From contig NC_043003.1 in NCBI RefSeq assembly GCF_006345805.1, positions 93,806,001 to 93,870,000 on the forward strand: a stretch of 64,000 bases of DNA, read 5' to 3'. The notes under the pieces are model-generated. The model searched no databases, was not told where the DNA came from, and worked only from the letters and a program-made list of their open reading frames with translations. The translations under genes and the position numbers were made by a program. Source of the DNA: Octopus sinensis. Taxonomy: Eukaryota. Positions 24,850-39,189 of this stretch are shown here, piece after piece (the first letter of the stretch is position 1; each line of letters starts with the position of its first letter).

Positions 24850-25310
24850 TTTTTATTATTATTACTATTATTATGAAGGCAGCGAGCTAGCAGAATCGTT
24901 AGCGGTATTTCGTCCGTCGCTATGTTCTGAGTTTAAATTCCGCCGAGGTTAACTTTACCGTCCATCATTTCGGGGTCTATAAAATAAGTCCCAGTTGAAC
25001 ACTGGGATCAATGTAATTGACTCATTCCTATCACCCCCCAAGCTGCCCTTGTGGCAAAAATTTGAAATAATAATAATAATTGCTATCATGAAGGCGGAGA
25101 GCTGGCAGAATCGTTGGCACGCTGGACGTAATGCTTAGCGGTATTTCCTCCGTCACTCTGTTCTGCGTTCAAATTCCGCCGAGGTCGACTTTGTCTTCCA
25201 TCCTGTCGGGATCGATAAAATAAGTACCAGTTGAAGATTGGAGTTGATGTAATTGACTCATACATAACACCAAAATTGCTGCTCTTGTGGCAAAATTTGA
25301 AACCATCATC
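24586..25310 (+). mobile_element. Three tandem SINE copies separated by (ATT)/(AAT) tracts
   Basis: Heads at ~24586, 24878 and 25090, each with the conserved core; the tails differ. Confidence 0.85.
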
Positions 25311-25839
25311 ATTATTATTCATTTCGTTTATCCTGTGCATGTACATGTGTATTAATCATTATTTTATTCAATTTTAGAAAAGTTGAAGCATGTCTTTGGC
25401 AATTCTGGAGCGGATTTAGCTTAGTTTGTGAGTGACTTTTGACCCACCCTTTATAATAGGATTATAGCTAGTTTTATCGAAAAAATTTCAGGCCTCTGAC
25501 AGTGAGAGGTGTATACAGGTCCAAGGCACTCAATTCTTGCCAATTCTTCCTCCGGATAAGGCCACAAAACTGGTGTAACTCATCTGAGATATCATATAAA
25601 TAACGCATGTTACTGTAGTTTATAGTGTACAGTTAAAAAAAGGTTTTACGACTCTGAAAAATTCAATGGAATATAATTCTAGTATACATTCTCAGACCAG
25701 ATTTGCGAATTATATTCGTTAGCTCAGTTGTTGGATGTGTTCCTTTCCTCTTGATAATAGTCGCAATTGGCGATCGCTTAGCAACAGCAGATAAAACACG
25801 AGAAAGTACACCACTTGTAATCATCCACTATGAAGTAAA

Positions 25840-27490
25840 TGTTAGGTTGGTAACGAAGTGCTATCGCATTTTTTGCATGAATCCTTTGAGGGTACTTTTT
25901 CAATACTTACGGTAAAATAAGTTTTAATTTTTAACTTCTAATGTTCTTTTTCTTTGCAGATTACTTTATGCCAAAGTGGTTAAATTCTGTCGGTTTTCCC
26001 CTTTGACAATAAGTCAAGATCAGATCCATATCAGACACTGCATGCAGTATAAGTTTAAAAGGGGATTTTCAGCAATGGAAGCGGCAAGAAATATTCGTTC
26101 TGTCTATGGAAATAAGGCTTTAAGTGTCTGGACATGCCAACTATGATTGGGTCAGTTTGTATGGGAAATTTTCTCTGGCATGTCCTCCTTGATCTGGAAG
26201 ACTAAGTTCTGTTAATAGTGTGCTTCTGAAAACTGTAGTTGAAGAAAATCCAAAAGCAAACTGTACGGAAATTAGAAAATCAGTTGAATTCAAGTTACAC
26301 TTCGATCAGAAAATACCTTCTACAACCGAGGAAAGTGTCAGTGGATACCTCATCATCTGACTGTTTTTCAACTTAATCAAAAAGTTGTTCTTTGCTCGTC
26401 ATTGAAGAGTAGGTTTGCTACCGAATCTTTCCTGGACATTATCATCACAAAGGACGAAAAGTAACCTTTCTATAATCATATCAAACGAAAACGTTAGCAC
26501 CAAATGAAGAAATCCATCTCCAAACCAGGACTACGTACCTAAAATGTTAAGCTCTGTGTTTGTTGAAATATGAAGGGCATCGTCTATTATGAAAGTGCTA
26601 AATCAAAACGAAACAGTAAATGCAGAGAAGTATTGTCATCAATTGAAAGCGGTGCACAAAGTGTTGCGGAAAAAAACGTCCATCATTGGTCAAAAGGGGT
26701 AGCATTTTTGCACGATAATACAAGACCACATATTGCCCTAGTCACCCAGTAAAAGATCATTGCATTAAATGCAGAAATTTTGCTTTATTTTCCTTACTCC
26801 CATGACCTTACTCCATCTGACTACCATCTTCTCAGATCGTTGCAACATTATCTAGAAGGAAAAAAAGTTTATTAATTATCAAGAGGTTAAAAACAATATT
26901 GGGTATTTCTTTGCTTCTAAACCTAAAGAATCTTATGTCCAACCAATCAACAATTTGCTTAATAGACAGGATCACCTAATAAACATTATCAATATTGACA
27001 ATATTGAGGGGAAACATTATCTTTGATCGAATCCGTGGCAGGCACTCCGTCGGTTACGACGACGCGGGTTCCAGTTGATGCGATCAACGGAACAGCCTGC
27101 CTGTGAAATTAACGTGCAAATGGATGAGCAATCCACTAACACATATACCCTTAACGTGGTTCTCTGGGAGATTCAGTGCGACACAGAGTGTGACAAGGCT
27201 GGACTTTTGAAATACAGGTACAACAGAAAGAGAAAGAAAACATGAGAGGAAGTTGTGGTGAAAGAGTACAGGAGGGTTTACCACCACCCTTGCCGGAGCC
27301 TCGTGGAACTTTTAGGTGCTTTAAATCAATAAACGCTCACAACGTCGTGTCTGAGAATCGAAACCGTGTTCTTATGACCGCTGCCCTAACAACTGGGCCA
27401 TGGCGCCTCCACATCTTGATCAAATATATTAAGACCAAAGGAGCATTTTTTCCCCTTAAATTGCGATAGAACTTTTTTTGCAGCATAATA
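25840..27490 (+). mobile_element. mariner (DD34D) element, degenerate, SINE inserted near the 3' end
   Basis: TIR-like gttaggttggtaacgaagtgctatcgca and tgcgatagaactttttttgcagcataata; transposase remnants HIRHCMQYKFKRG, HDNTRPHIA, PYSHDLTPSDYHLLRSLQHYL. Confidence 0.85.
27040..27410 (-). mobile_element. tRNA-derived SINE (OR-like) with tail ending gtcgtcgtaaccgacggagtgcc
   Basis: A box TGGCCCAGTTG and body shared with 8555 and 62753, but a different 3' tail. Confidence 0.8.
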
Positions 27491-28439
27491 TTTTACTTAA
27501 CAACAAGGGATGTTGAGGGAAAATAACTTAAGAGGAACCAAAACTAAATTATTCTTTCCAATAGAGATAGTAAGTTGCTTATATCTAAGCCAGCTCTCAG
27601 CGCACAAGCATATTAGAATGTAAGTTAACAGAAACGGTAGTGCGACGGATTAAATTTCGTGAAGGTATGTTATTCTGTGTGCTGAGTTAGAATCTAGCTT
27701 CTGTCGATGCAGTCTTTCACTAAACTGGAGAGTCCAACAAATTAAATAAATATCAGCGACACACTGGAATCCTGATTCTCAGTAATGCTAACGAGTCACT
27801 AGAAAATAGCTTTTTAATTTGTCAAAATAAATCAATTTATTATTTTAAACGACTGTTAGTTTAGCTATTAGTCTTCAAAGATTTAAACGAAATAAAATAG
27901 GATATAGCAAGATATAGTGTTTCGCTTAAAAAAAAGTATATGTCCAATTGCAATTAAAAAGACGTGATGCGATTTTTCGATCAACTATAACCAAAATTTA
28001 TTTTAAATTAAAAATCTTAATTTCCCAGTAAATTAATTTGGGATTCTGCTCACTTATATTAAGATAATGTTTTTTAGGAGAAACACGGATTTGAGAATTA
28101 AAGAATTAATTCTCAAATAAAGAAAAAAAAGAAGGAAAATCGATTCATTGAAAGATTAGGTGATCTATATATACAACTTTTCTTCTTAAAAATTAGTTAA
28201 TTTCTGCAGTAATTGCAGTTTATAAGTGTTAATTAGAAAGGAAGATGATATTTTTCTTGAAATTACTTAAGGCAACGTATATAGTTTCCTTTGACAAAGT
28301 ACATACACCATTGTGTTGTAAGGAAGAGAATGAAACAAAAAGTTGTGACAGTCATGCCTTTCCAGTAATGGAAATGATATTGCGGCTTCGATTCAGTAGA
28401 AATATATCTCTTACGCTACGCCTTTTGTAATTTATTTTA

Positions 28440-28830
28440 TCCTTTTTCGTTTATATTGTACATGTTTTCAGTCATTGGATTTCGGCTATGCTGTTTTGAA
28501 GGGTGTAGTTGAACAAATAGAACCCAGTACTTATGTTTTTAAAGTCCGGTGCTTATTTTATTAGTCTTTTTGCCGATCCGCTAGGTTACGGGATATAAAC
28601 AAATCAACACTGGTTGTCAAGTGATGGCAGGGGGACAAGTACAAAGGCACACACACACACACACACATACATATATACGATGAGTTTCCACACAGTTTCT
28701 GTCTACCAAATTAACTCACAAAGCATTTTCCGATCCGGAGCTACAGTAGAAGATACTTGCTCTTCAGTGGGACTGAACCCGAAACCACGTGGATTGCAAA
28801 GTAAGCTTCTTAATTATACAACCATTCCGC
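28440..28830 (-). mobile_element. Composite SINE fragments
   Basis: Core shared with 5300 and 32560, plus a tgactgaaa...aaaag-type tail fragment; similar composite at 32400-32760. Confidence 0.55.
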
Positions 28831-29439
28831 CACTCCTGCACTTCAAAACATACTGGTAGTGTGTAATTTAAATATAATTATATAATACAATTTTACTGAG
28901 TGTTAGAGCCATTAAACAAGCCATTGTATCTTTGAAAACTTTACAGTGAGTAATAAACACATTCGTGCTAATTGACAAATAACCGAGCAGAGAGCGTGTG
29001 CTAATGGACTACTACGTGACAGATGGTCATTTGTTGTCATGTGATATAACATAGTTCGCTTCGCAGTTCATCATTATATTGCTCTGCTTAAATGGATGTC
29101 ACACAGAGATTATTTTAAGCAGCAAATATGTATGATAATTGCTCGTTTATGTTAACGAAATTTACAAATTTGTGGGTGAAAAGAATAAAATTGTGGCAAC
29201 AATTATGTTTTTCTCAAGTATATTAATGTAGACGGACAGGAGAAATGAAATGATTTCGATCGGGAATCGAAACAAGTCTACAATTTCTGTTCACTGGTAG
29301 TGTATCTCTTCTAATCTCATGCATTATATACTCTTACCTTTTTCTTTTATTATTTTAGTCTTTGGAATGCTTTTATGTTGGAGCCCCTGGAAGTGTTTTG
29401 GTCAATTATATTGATCCTTAATTCATCGGCCGCATAAAG

Positions 29440-31117
29440 CAGTGTTTCCCAAATTGGGATCATATGACCTCTGGTCCATGGCATACTTCAATGGGGTTAC
29501 AGAAAATTTTAGGCATTGGGTGATGGTGGTCGATAAACACAAGATCAATGGCTGGAATCACACATCTACCACTCTATTAAAATATTCTATTATTGCCTGT
29601 AATTCCTCAAATTTCACACTAAAAAATGCATCCATAGACATACACAATGCATTTTCTCTATAAGATTTTTCAAAGGATTCATTTAACATTTGGATGAGCT
29701 TTCGTTGATAAATAAAAAATTAAGTTGGCATTGTATGAATGAAAATGTCTAAGGGTAATTACCCTCATCACTTTATTGATATTTGGGACAGTATTATAAT
29801 GTTTCTGAATGATAAACAACTTGGAGAAGAAACTCTAGATGTCAGATTGGCATATTTTACTTTCCAGATATATTCGGGAAGTTAAGTTTACTGAATAAAC
29901 AACTACAAGTTAAAAATACAAATCTTTCAACTTGCAAAGAGACCATTACTGCTTTCCTAGAAGAACCTAAATCTGTTCAGTATAAATACTGGGCATAAAG
30001 AATTTATGCATTTTCCAACGCTCGCCGCTATTGAGAAGGAGCTGCAAAAGAATGATATTTAAGTGAACAGTGAGCACTTGAAGGAATTGCACAATGATAT
30101 GGAAATTAGGTTCAAAGGAATCCTAGAAATGAACATTCCAAGTTAGGCGGTAGATTCATTTGGGACAAATGCAGCTGATGCTACTAGAAAACTTAATTGA
30201 TTTGCAGAGTAATCAAATTGCTTAAGCTAGATTTAATCATGGATTCAATAACTTATGAACAAGTGGTGAAATTGCTAGAAAATTCTTATTGCTTTGATAG
30301 AATGTAAAATTATATTTCATTGCCTTTTCTATTTCATACTGTTGTGTTCGGTTTTAACAGAGTGTCTTTCTTACTCTCAGAAGCTTGTAGTCGCTTAGAA
30401 ATTGTAAGTAGTGATTTTCATTTGTCTTTAAAAACTACAGACTCTGCTATCTAAAAACTAATGAATCAACCACAAGGATTTCATTGAATAAATACAGTAA
30501 TAGGATAACATAATATATCTTTTTTCTATTTATTTTGCTTAAGGATTTTATTTTTGTGCTAAAAAATTGGTAATTTTAGACGTTATTAATTTTCTAGGTG
30601 TCAGTAGAAAAGTTTTGTTATGCATGATATATCAGAAAAATAGTGTATTATTTTTATTGAATCCTAAAAACAGTTTTTTTTTGTGAAATGGAATGATATA
30701 GAATAAATGTACAATTTATAGTTATTGATATTTTTATGGAGTTTATTACGTTATTGGGAGGAAACAGGTCTACTCTGAAAAAATGAATTTTTTAGTGCTT
30801 ATTTATTATATTAATTTTTGTTCAAGGATTGGTTTCCTTAAGTATAATCAATTTTTAAATATTCACAGAAATGAATTTCAGGATAATAAACTAAAGTGAA
30901 AACAATATTTAAAATTTGGTTATTACGTGCTAAATTTTAGAAATTATACTTTTATTAAATATTTCTAGCTTTTTCAATAGTGGCTTATTTCTACCTTGAC
31001 CATTTATTAAAAAAAAACTGAATTACTTTTTCACTAACAGTGTCCCAGAGGCCTACTGAAAAATTAAAGATTCCAAAGGGAGTCACAAAGCAAACAAAAA
31101 ACAAAATAAAAACACTT
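29440..31117 (+). mobile_element. hAT (Charlie/Buster-like) element, internally deleted
   Basis: CAGTGTTTCCCAAA left TIR; C-terminal remnant DIFGKLSLLNKQLQ...MEIRFK...ENLIDLQSN...GFH* at ~29850-30487; eroded right end; no TSD recovered. Confidence 0.7.
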
Positions 31118-31124
31118 TAAGTGT

Positions 31125-31270
31125 AGGCATAGCTAAAGTTGCTTTGCAGCCACGTGGTTTGGGGTTCGTTCCCACTGTATGGCACCTCCGAAAAGTGTCT
31201 TCTACTATAGCCCCAGGCCGATTAATGCCTTATGAGTGAATTTGTTAGATGGAAACTGTATGGAAGCCTG
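31125..31270 (+). mobile_element. SINE, same family as 5300-5462
   Basis: gggttcgttcccactgtatggcacc...gtgtcttctactatagcc. Confidence 0.7.
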
Positions 31271-31273
31271 TTA

Positions 31274-31345
<72 letters not shown>

Positions 31346-32399
31346 TTGTGAGTGCACCTGTGTATACTCTTGTGTGTCTTATCGTTTGCTTTTGTGACAC
31401 ACTCCTAATCTGCTTGACAAGCAGTTTTCATTAAGCGGTCCAGCAATAGTGAATGATAGAATACTAAACTAAAAGAAAAATAGAAAAAAATTACAAGCAA
31501 AAACAAAAGTACTGAAGTCGATTTATTCGACTACAACCCATTAAGACGGTACCCTAGTGACTGAAACAAGTTAAGGATAAACCACAGGCGGAAAAAAATG
31601 AAAGGCAAGAGGAATACTTGGAGTAAAAGGAGACTATGTGATCAAAACTAAACGTATGGTCTTTTTTCATGATGCATCGATTTTTGTCCAGCCTACATAC
31701 ATAGATGACGATCATTCGCACACATTTATATGTATATCTACACATATATATATATTTATATATTTATATTCTGACTTGCTTCCATAGAATTTTAGTCATA
31801 AAGCAATGTTCTGTTCGAGGCTATAGTAGAAGGTACTTGTCAAAGGTAACATCCAGAAGAATCGAACTGGAAAGTATACTTTCTACAAAAAATTATTTTC
31901 TAAATCTGTGAAAATAATTTTTTGACTACACATCCTGAGTGTATTACTTTAATCAATAGCCAAATGAGATCGCAGATGGCTGAATCGATAGAGTACAAAA
32001 AATAAATAAATAAAAAATAATAAATGAAAAAGAAACAAAAGAAAAAACGGATCTTTACCTTTCTGCCGGTCAAAAGGTAAAGATCCGAAAAAACAAAAGA
32101 CAAAAAATCACAAAAAGGAGCAAAAAGAAAGCTGAAATGTAGGTAATTCGGATTTGGTTAACACTATTAATATGAACGATCAAACCTTTACTTTCCAAAA
32201 GCTGTCCACGTATTTCTAAGCTAGTACTATAAGGTAGTCAAAAAAGTAGCCAAATTCTGCAAGCAGCGACATTGTAACATTTACGAGTGTTTACTTTGAG
32301 CATAACTCGATATTCATTTTCCTCTGTGATGGAAAAGTACGTTCTTTATATGAATTTGGGTTTGGAATTGGCTGAGTAACTCACTCCCATGAAATTTTC

Positions 32400-32760
32400 T
32401 TTGCTACGTAATTCAATATCTTTTATCTTTCACTTGTTTCAGTCATGAGACTGTGGCCATGCTGGAGCACAGCCTTGAAGAATTCTTTTAGTCGAATGTT
32501 TCGACTCGAGTACTTATTTTTTAAAGTTTGGTACTTATTCTATCGGTCTCTTTTGCAAAACACACAAGCACTAGTTGTCAAGTGGTGAGGGGGAAACAGA
32601 TACAAAGACGCACACACACATATATACGACGGGCTTCTTTCAGTTTCCTTTTACCAAACCCACTCATAACTTTTTTCGGCTCGAGGCTATAGTAGAAGAT
32701 ACTTGCCCAAAGTGCCACGCAGTAGGGCTGAACCCAGTACCATGTGGTTGCGAAGCCACG
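32400..32760 (-). mobile_element. Composite SINE
   Basis: Same layout as 28440-28830. Confidence 0.6.
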
Positions 32761-35700
32761 CATGCGCCAACAGAACACGACTTTTAAAAAGTTTTTGGTG
32801 GAGGAAATATACAATAATCTAAATAACTTTTTTTCTTAAAAAACAGCTGAAAACACAATCTACATTTACAGCGAAAAAAAAATGAAGTCTGATAGCATAA
32901 CGGGGTACTGTGACATTTGTTGCAAATCTGATTGAATTACATTAAAATCCTTAGTCGAAAATTTATCAGTAAATTATGTTTTATTTTCATTTCGTATATG
33001 TCATACTGTGAAGTTTTGTGATAATGGAATGGCATGAAGAAAAAAGAATAACGGATATCGCTTGTGAAACTTTTTTCTTTATATTAACTTTATGCAAATT
33101 TTATTTCACTCATGGAGTAATTTTATCTTCTCTCAACATCGAGCATTAGAATCCAGAATTAGCCCCACTCATAGCATACCACTTTTAATAGCCTTACAAG
33201 GACAGTATTATAAGTTTGTATGAAATGACGACAATAATAGATTTAAACGTTATCAGTTTCAAACTATGATGGAAGCAGAGAGCACATTCTCTTATAATAA
33301 AAGATCTACAATAGAAAAAAACAACAAAAAAACAATTACTCGGATTGCTGAAGTAACTATTTTTGTGGTTGCTGCCGTCAGTGTTGAATCTCTATTTACA
33401 CTATAATTTGTTAACTCTCAGTATAAGTACATTAACATAGGAAGACTTAATGGTCGTTTCACTAATCTCAATCTGGATTGAAGCGGTTACAAAAAAAAAA
33501 AAAAAATCATACACATAGCACAAATATAGTTTAGAATGTCATTCTTTGTGGTAATAACTGGAAACATGTTTTGCAATTTAATGGCACTAACCGCATGAGC
33601 TTTTATTCCCTTAGATATTGCGTTCGTTTTATTAACCGTTGCTGCTCTAGTTGCTTTCAATGCACAGAGCAAATATATGTTTTATGTGCAATGATATCTG
33701 TATGTTTGCCGACTATATCGAACGCTTAAGTTAGTAAATAAAGCAGAACAAACATATTCCAATATTTAGAATCTCGATTTAGCTGTGAACCGAGAGGATT
33801 ACTATATCTGTTTTCTGGTCGTCTTTTGATAAATAATAGCAATATTTTAAAATCATGAAAGAATGGATAATTATTAGAAAAAACGTTTTACAATAATGAT
33901 GCTGTAGAAGGGCAAATAAAGGATCGTAAAATATATAAGAACCTTGCAAGTTGAATAATCGACGTGATTTCAATCTCGATTTGAAGTCTATTCACTTATT
34001 TCACGCTATTGAGGTATTAACATCACAATATCGTATTCATTTGCCACAGGATAGCGACTCTTGTTCTCAGTAAAACAACAATATCGTTGCAATAAAGTGC
34101 TCATTTTCTCCATGTATCATCCAAAGGGAAATTCCACTGGATCGAATTTGCGTTAGCGATGCATGTTAAGAGACATGAATAGAACAGGAATTAAAGCCAC
34201 ACTGAAAACTCAGCTCACTTGCTGTATACCATATTCTCTTTAGTTCCAGGTTTCAATACTAAAAATGAAAGGAAGAATAAATGGGAAATGTAATGTTAAA
34301 GCAAATCTCAAAAGCATTCTTGATATAAAGGAAGCGGATTGATTTTAATTGGGAAATCTAAACTGGTTTAAGCTTTCAAAATGTCAGGAGCTTTTCCTTG
34401 GCTCTACTGTCTGGATGGTGATCACTACAATGTGGGTGGTAAACGTAATCTATCGCCCTGTTTAACACCAACCACCAACTGGCCCTTGGGTATTTTTAGC
34501 AGAGTGCTCTATTGCAGGTTTTTGAGACAGATCTTTGACCCGAAGATAACTTATTTCCAGCAGTCTCAGAGGCCCCGAAAAAGATCGCAGGCACAGTCCT
34601 TTCTCTTTTCACTCAACCACATAAAAGCAAACAAAAAGCAAAATTTATAACAACAGCAGCAACAAAGAAAACAAAACAAAGCAAAACAATTAACATGTAC
34701 AAGTATTGAAAATCAAAAGCGTTACTACAGGTTGAATTATTTGCAGACATAATAGCTTAATGCTTTTGACATTCAATGCAAACAAGCAACATCATGACAC
34801 GAAAAGACAATGAATTGATAAAACGATAAATCTATGTTCATTGTTATATAACATCGACCTTGATTATGAATTTTACACAACAACTATATAACACTAGCAT
34901 CAGAATTATCAAATATTGTCTATCGATTCATTTTATTTCAAACCTTCCTTCAAAACTAAGGAATGAAACTACAGGTTGAAATTTAAATGGCATGCCCCCC
35001 CCCCAAATGAAAACTGTGCCACCACAAGTCTCTGTCTCTGTGTATATAAAGCACTAAGACTCATTTGTATGAATACATTAAGTGTGTGGTACTGATAATA
35101 TTTACATTATAGAGCTCCTATTTCATAATCTGGGTTTATTCTATTTATAGAATGTCATTGCATTTCAGAAAATAGTTTTTACACTATCTGAATATACTTC
35201 AAAATAGAAATTTCTACTTCTTTCGAAAGAGATTCGTGTGCTCGGCATTGATAAGATGCATTTATAGTAAATGCATATCTACCACTTCTGGGGTGATTTT
35301 GCTTCTCCTATCTCTAGAGTATATTGCGCTTTTTAACACTATACACAGCTTCTAGCGTTTAAACAACACACAAGCATTAATTATGTAGTACTGATAATAC
35401 ACACACACACACGCACGCGCGCAATATTTATATATATATATATGTGCGTCTGCGTACGTAAATATATGTGTGATGTGTGTATATATATATATATATATTA
35501 TATGTATGTAAATATATACGTATATATATATATATATATATAACGAAAATAATTACTGTAAGATGTTTCTTATTGATCCAGAATTTCTACCACGTCATAA
35601 TCTTCATTTAGCACAGGGACAAAGTCATTTATTTGCAAAGAAGATTTTGTTGATTTAACCGCCCCCCCCCAAAGGAAAGACAAACCTTTGCAGTTTTTGT

Positions 35701-36149
35701 TCCAGCTCTTCAGTTCTGAGTTCAAATCTCGCCGAGTTCAATATTTCCTCTCCTTCATTCGGAGTCAATATCGATCAAATTCCTCCTTGGTTTCTGGTCT
35801 TACTCTAAATTTGAATCTGTTACATACCAACCGAACTCCTGTCTGAATAAATATTATCTGAAGCCTTAATACTTAGATAAGTTTTGGTCAGAATTGGCCC
35901 AGGTCATGACTGACTTATTAGCACCACCGGTAAACGACATTGAATGATTCCTCATATTACATTCATTCTTTGGGCACTGTAGCCCATTCGAGTAAAGAGT
36001 TATTGTTTGCTGAGTTTGATTATGACTGCGATCTTATTCCATAAGTAAGGCTATAAAACGCATAGCCCTAGAATACATGTTGTGATAAGCAGAATTATAT
36101 ATAATATAGCCCATACACCCACCCACTCACATATGTATATAAATATCAC

Positions 36150-38330
36150 AATATCGGCCAGACCCTCAGATGAAGTTATACATTGCTGGTCACAATGCGC
36201 TTTCAGTTCTGTCTTCATTGCGCCATTCTTTTTCATCTCGACTCAAATTGCACAAAAAAGGCATTGTTAAATACAAGAACTGGAAATTCAAAGGGAATGC
36301 ATCTAGACTACAGTGGACAACCAATTATTGGTTCTGGTTGCGACAACTGACTTGAACTGTTGTATAGTAGAGAGGACTAATATAACACAGGTGTTGCACT
36401 TGCATACTTATCGTCGAATAAATATCGCCCTCTTACAGGACAAATTTTACAGACTATTACCGACACTGTGTCTCCTAATGATTACTTCATTCTGGTCGTA
36501 GACTGTGATACGCATACCAGGCCACAAATATTTGTTCTGAAATTCGCTTTGAGATAACAACGGTGTTGAAGATATGAATGACAATGATTATCGTCTACTA
36601 ACTTTTGCAACTACAAATTGTCGACTAATTTCTTCTTTCATTACTCCAGGAAACACCAACTTAACGGTGTATCCCAAATGACAAAGATAAATGAATGTTT
36701 GATTACATTTTTATTAGTATTGTCTGTCGAAGCGCTAACAGTGTAATCATAGGAGTGGGCTGTAGAAGCGACTAGACTCTATTATGCTTTGTTCAATTCC
36801 TCTTAAAGAAATACCACGAGAAAAATTATTCAAATCATTTTTACTGGTCCAAGATAATGAACATAAACAAGAATACCAAATTATCATCGCTTTTCTTTGC
36901 TGGAAGAAATATATGATTTTGAGATAGACTTAAAAAGATTTTCTTTGATTGTGACTGAAACTGCAAAATATTTCTACTTTCCAAAACGGAAATGAAAAAA
37001 GAGAGAAAAAAAGGAAAATAAAGATTGAATATTCTATCAGATTATCTAAGTCATCGTGGAACGAAAGCATTGCACTTTACTGACTGAGCACAATTCAAAA
37101 GCTTAATAATAGAGAAATAAAACGTAATCTAAATTCTGTCAGAAAAGCTCACTGGGATTCATTTACCCGAGATTTGGAAAATTGCTAACACTGAAATGAA
37201 CACCGGAACATGTTCTGGGAGGATTCTACGTCGTTTTAGCAGAGAAACCTATCAAGCTGAAGATTACATTCTGAAACGTGTAGTAACCTTATCACATGAA
37301 CAACAGAAAGTTTGAAGAGATGGAAAGAATTTTTCAATCTCTATATAATCATGTTTTTCTAATTGAGATACCACATTTGCAGAACCATTGAATATCCCAT
37401 TTCACACTGTTTCTAGTGAATCACTTTCCACACAGGAAATAAAAATGGCTGTTAGATTAAAACAAAAAAAGCCGATGGAGATTTATTGCTTTTTAAACTA
37501 TAATCATTATTGCACATTGTTTTCTATTCAAAGTTTAAAAAAAAAACAACTATAATTATCGTTTTCGCATACTTTTAAAACCGCATTTCATAATGTACAT
37601 TTTTGAAACTGAAAGTGTACCAAGCAGATTCACCCTCTTACTGGAGTAAATGAGTCATTTGACGAGTTCAGTAAAAATGAAAGATTAAAGTTCCGGCTTA
37701 TTTTTCAATTCAGAGAGGGTTGTGTAATCTCCTTGCTGTTATTTAATGACGTTGTTAATTTGATAATACAAACAATGTTCAATTCCGAACGGACTTTCCA
37801 ATTTGATGGGAGTTGATAAACCATTAAACTCGTACTTGCTTACAACAGTAGAGAGGCAGCTTCTAATATACAGAATATAACTTTAAAATTTGATCTTAAA
37901 ACCAGTGTTGATAGGAATAAACTATTTCTTGTTATGAATGATACTTTGATCGATGTTACATTAGATGGAGTACTGTTGGATTAAGGTCCTGGGTTTAAAA
38001 TTTAAAACCTATGTAGAAGACAACCAAATGGCTGCAAGAATACATTATATATCAAATTGGCTTCGCATTCTTGACTTCTGGCCCCCTGTGTATTTAGCAA
38101 CAATAGGACATTTAATTACGTGCTAAAATTCGCATACATTTATAATCTGAACCGGCTTTATTGAATCCTGAACATCACAGGTGTGATGAAAGTCTTCAGA
38201 TAAGATGCCTTCCCATCAGTGCAGCGATTTCAATAACACAGCCATCTGAATCGAATGAATCAGAATTTCAATAAAACTCTCTTGATTGCTGTCAGAAGAA
38301 TTGTAAAGTACGCAAAACAGCGTTAAAGAA
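36150..38330 (+). pseudogene. RTE-clade LINE remnant (APE endonuclease and RT), highly degenerate
   Basis: DKFYRLL...NDNDYRLLTFA...DYIFI endonuclease pattern; REGCVISLLLFN RT motif at ~37712-37747; ILNIT..MKV C-terminal pattern. Confidence 0.65.
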
Positions 38331-38559
38331 GGCTTACATGAAAATTATTTAAACAATATCAAAAGACTTGGAGAAACTAAAAATACCCATAAACGATGTT
38401 GAGAGCATAGTATTATACACAGAAACACACACACACATTTATGTGGGTAGTGATTTCTGAAGAAAAGGAAGTGGATCAAGAGGAACACCAAAATATCATC
38501 TCCTATACAAATGATTCACAGCGTAGAGATAATAATAAGGATGATAATGATAATGAACT

Positions 38560-38845
38560 GTTTCGTCGAAGACGACGTATGAGCGCTCAGATTTTTGTCG
38601 AACGACTTGCACATATGATTTGTTTATAGTGATCAAATGTATGTACTGTATATTAGCTCACTGCCTCCATCAAACCGACATTGTTTGAACAGGTGTAAGG
38701 TGTACAGCGCGGCAGGTGTCGAAGTGATCGCAGAGCAACGTGAAATGAATTGTTTTACTCAAGCACACAATGCACTACCCGGCCTAGGAACTGAAATCAC
38801 GATTTAACAATTGTGAGTGTAACACCGTAACCACTAAGCCATGAC
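38560..38845 (-). mobile_element. tRNA-headed SINE, relative of 2830-3110
   Basis: A box TGGCTTAGTGG; gtgtgcttgagtaaaac...tttcacgttgctctgcgatcac. Confidence 0.7.
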
Positions 38846-38898
38846 TCCTAATACTAACAATAATAATAATAATAATAATGATAATAATAATAATAATA

Positions 38899-38940
<42 letters not shown>

Positions 38941-38941
<1 letters not shown>

Positions 38942-39160
38942 CCTTTCTACTAGAGGCACAAGACCTGAAATTTGGGGGTGTGGTGTGGGGCTAAGTCAAT
39001 TACATTGACTCCAGTTCTCGACTGGTACTTATTTTATCGACCCTAAAAGGATGTAAGACAAAGTCGACCTCGGTGGAATTTGAAGTTAGAACGTAAAGAC
39101 GGACGAAATGGTGCCAAGTATTTTGTCCGGTGTGCTAGCGATTACGCCAGCTCGCCGCTT
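38941..39160 (-). mobile_element. SINE
   Basis: Head gcggcgagctggcgtaatcg, core, tail gtcttgtgcctctagtagaaaggattatt. Confidence 0.85.
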
Positions 39161-39189
39161 TAATAATAATGATAATACTACTACTACTA

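Noticed and set aside
33535-33692. Hydrophobic plus-strand frame with an in-frame TGA
   Set aside because: Short, AT-driven hydrophobicity, no SECIS or homology evidence.
35040-35052. TATATAAAG TATA box
   Set aside because: Common by chance in AT-rich DNA; no downstream ORF.
36051-36236. TM-like minus-strand ORF
   Set aside because: Short, overlaps the start of the antisense RTE remnant, no splice support.
37255-37292. CTGAAGA...GAAAcgtgTA hammerhead-like motif
   Set aside because: Neither stem I nor stem II can pair; lies in RTE coding remnant.
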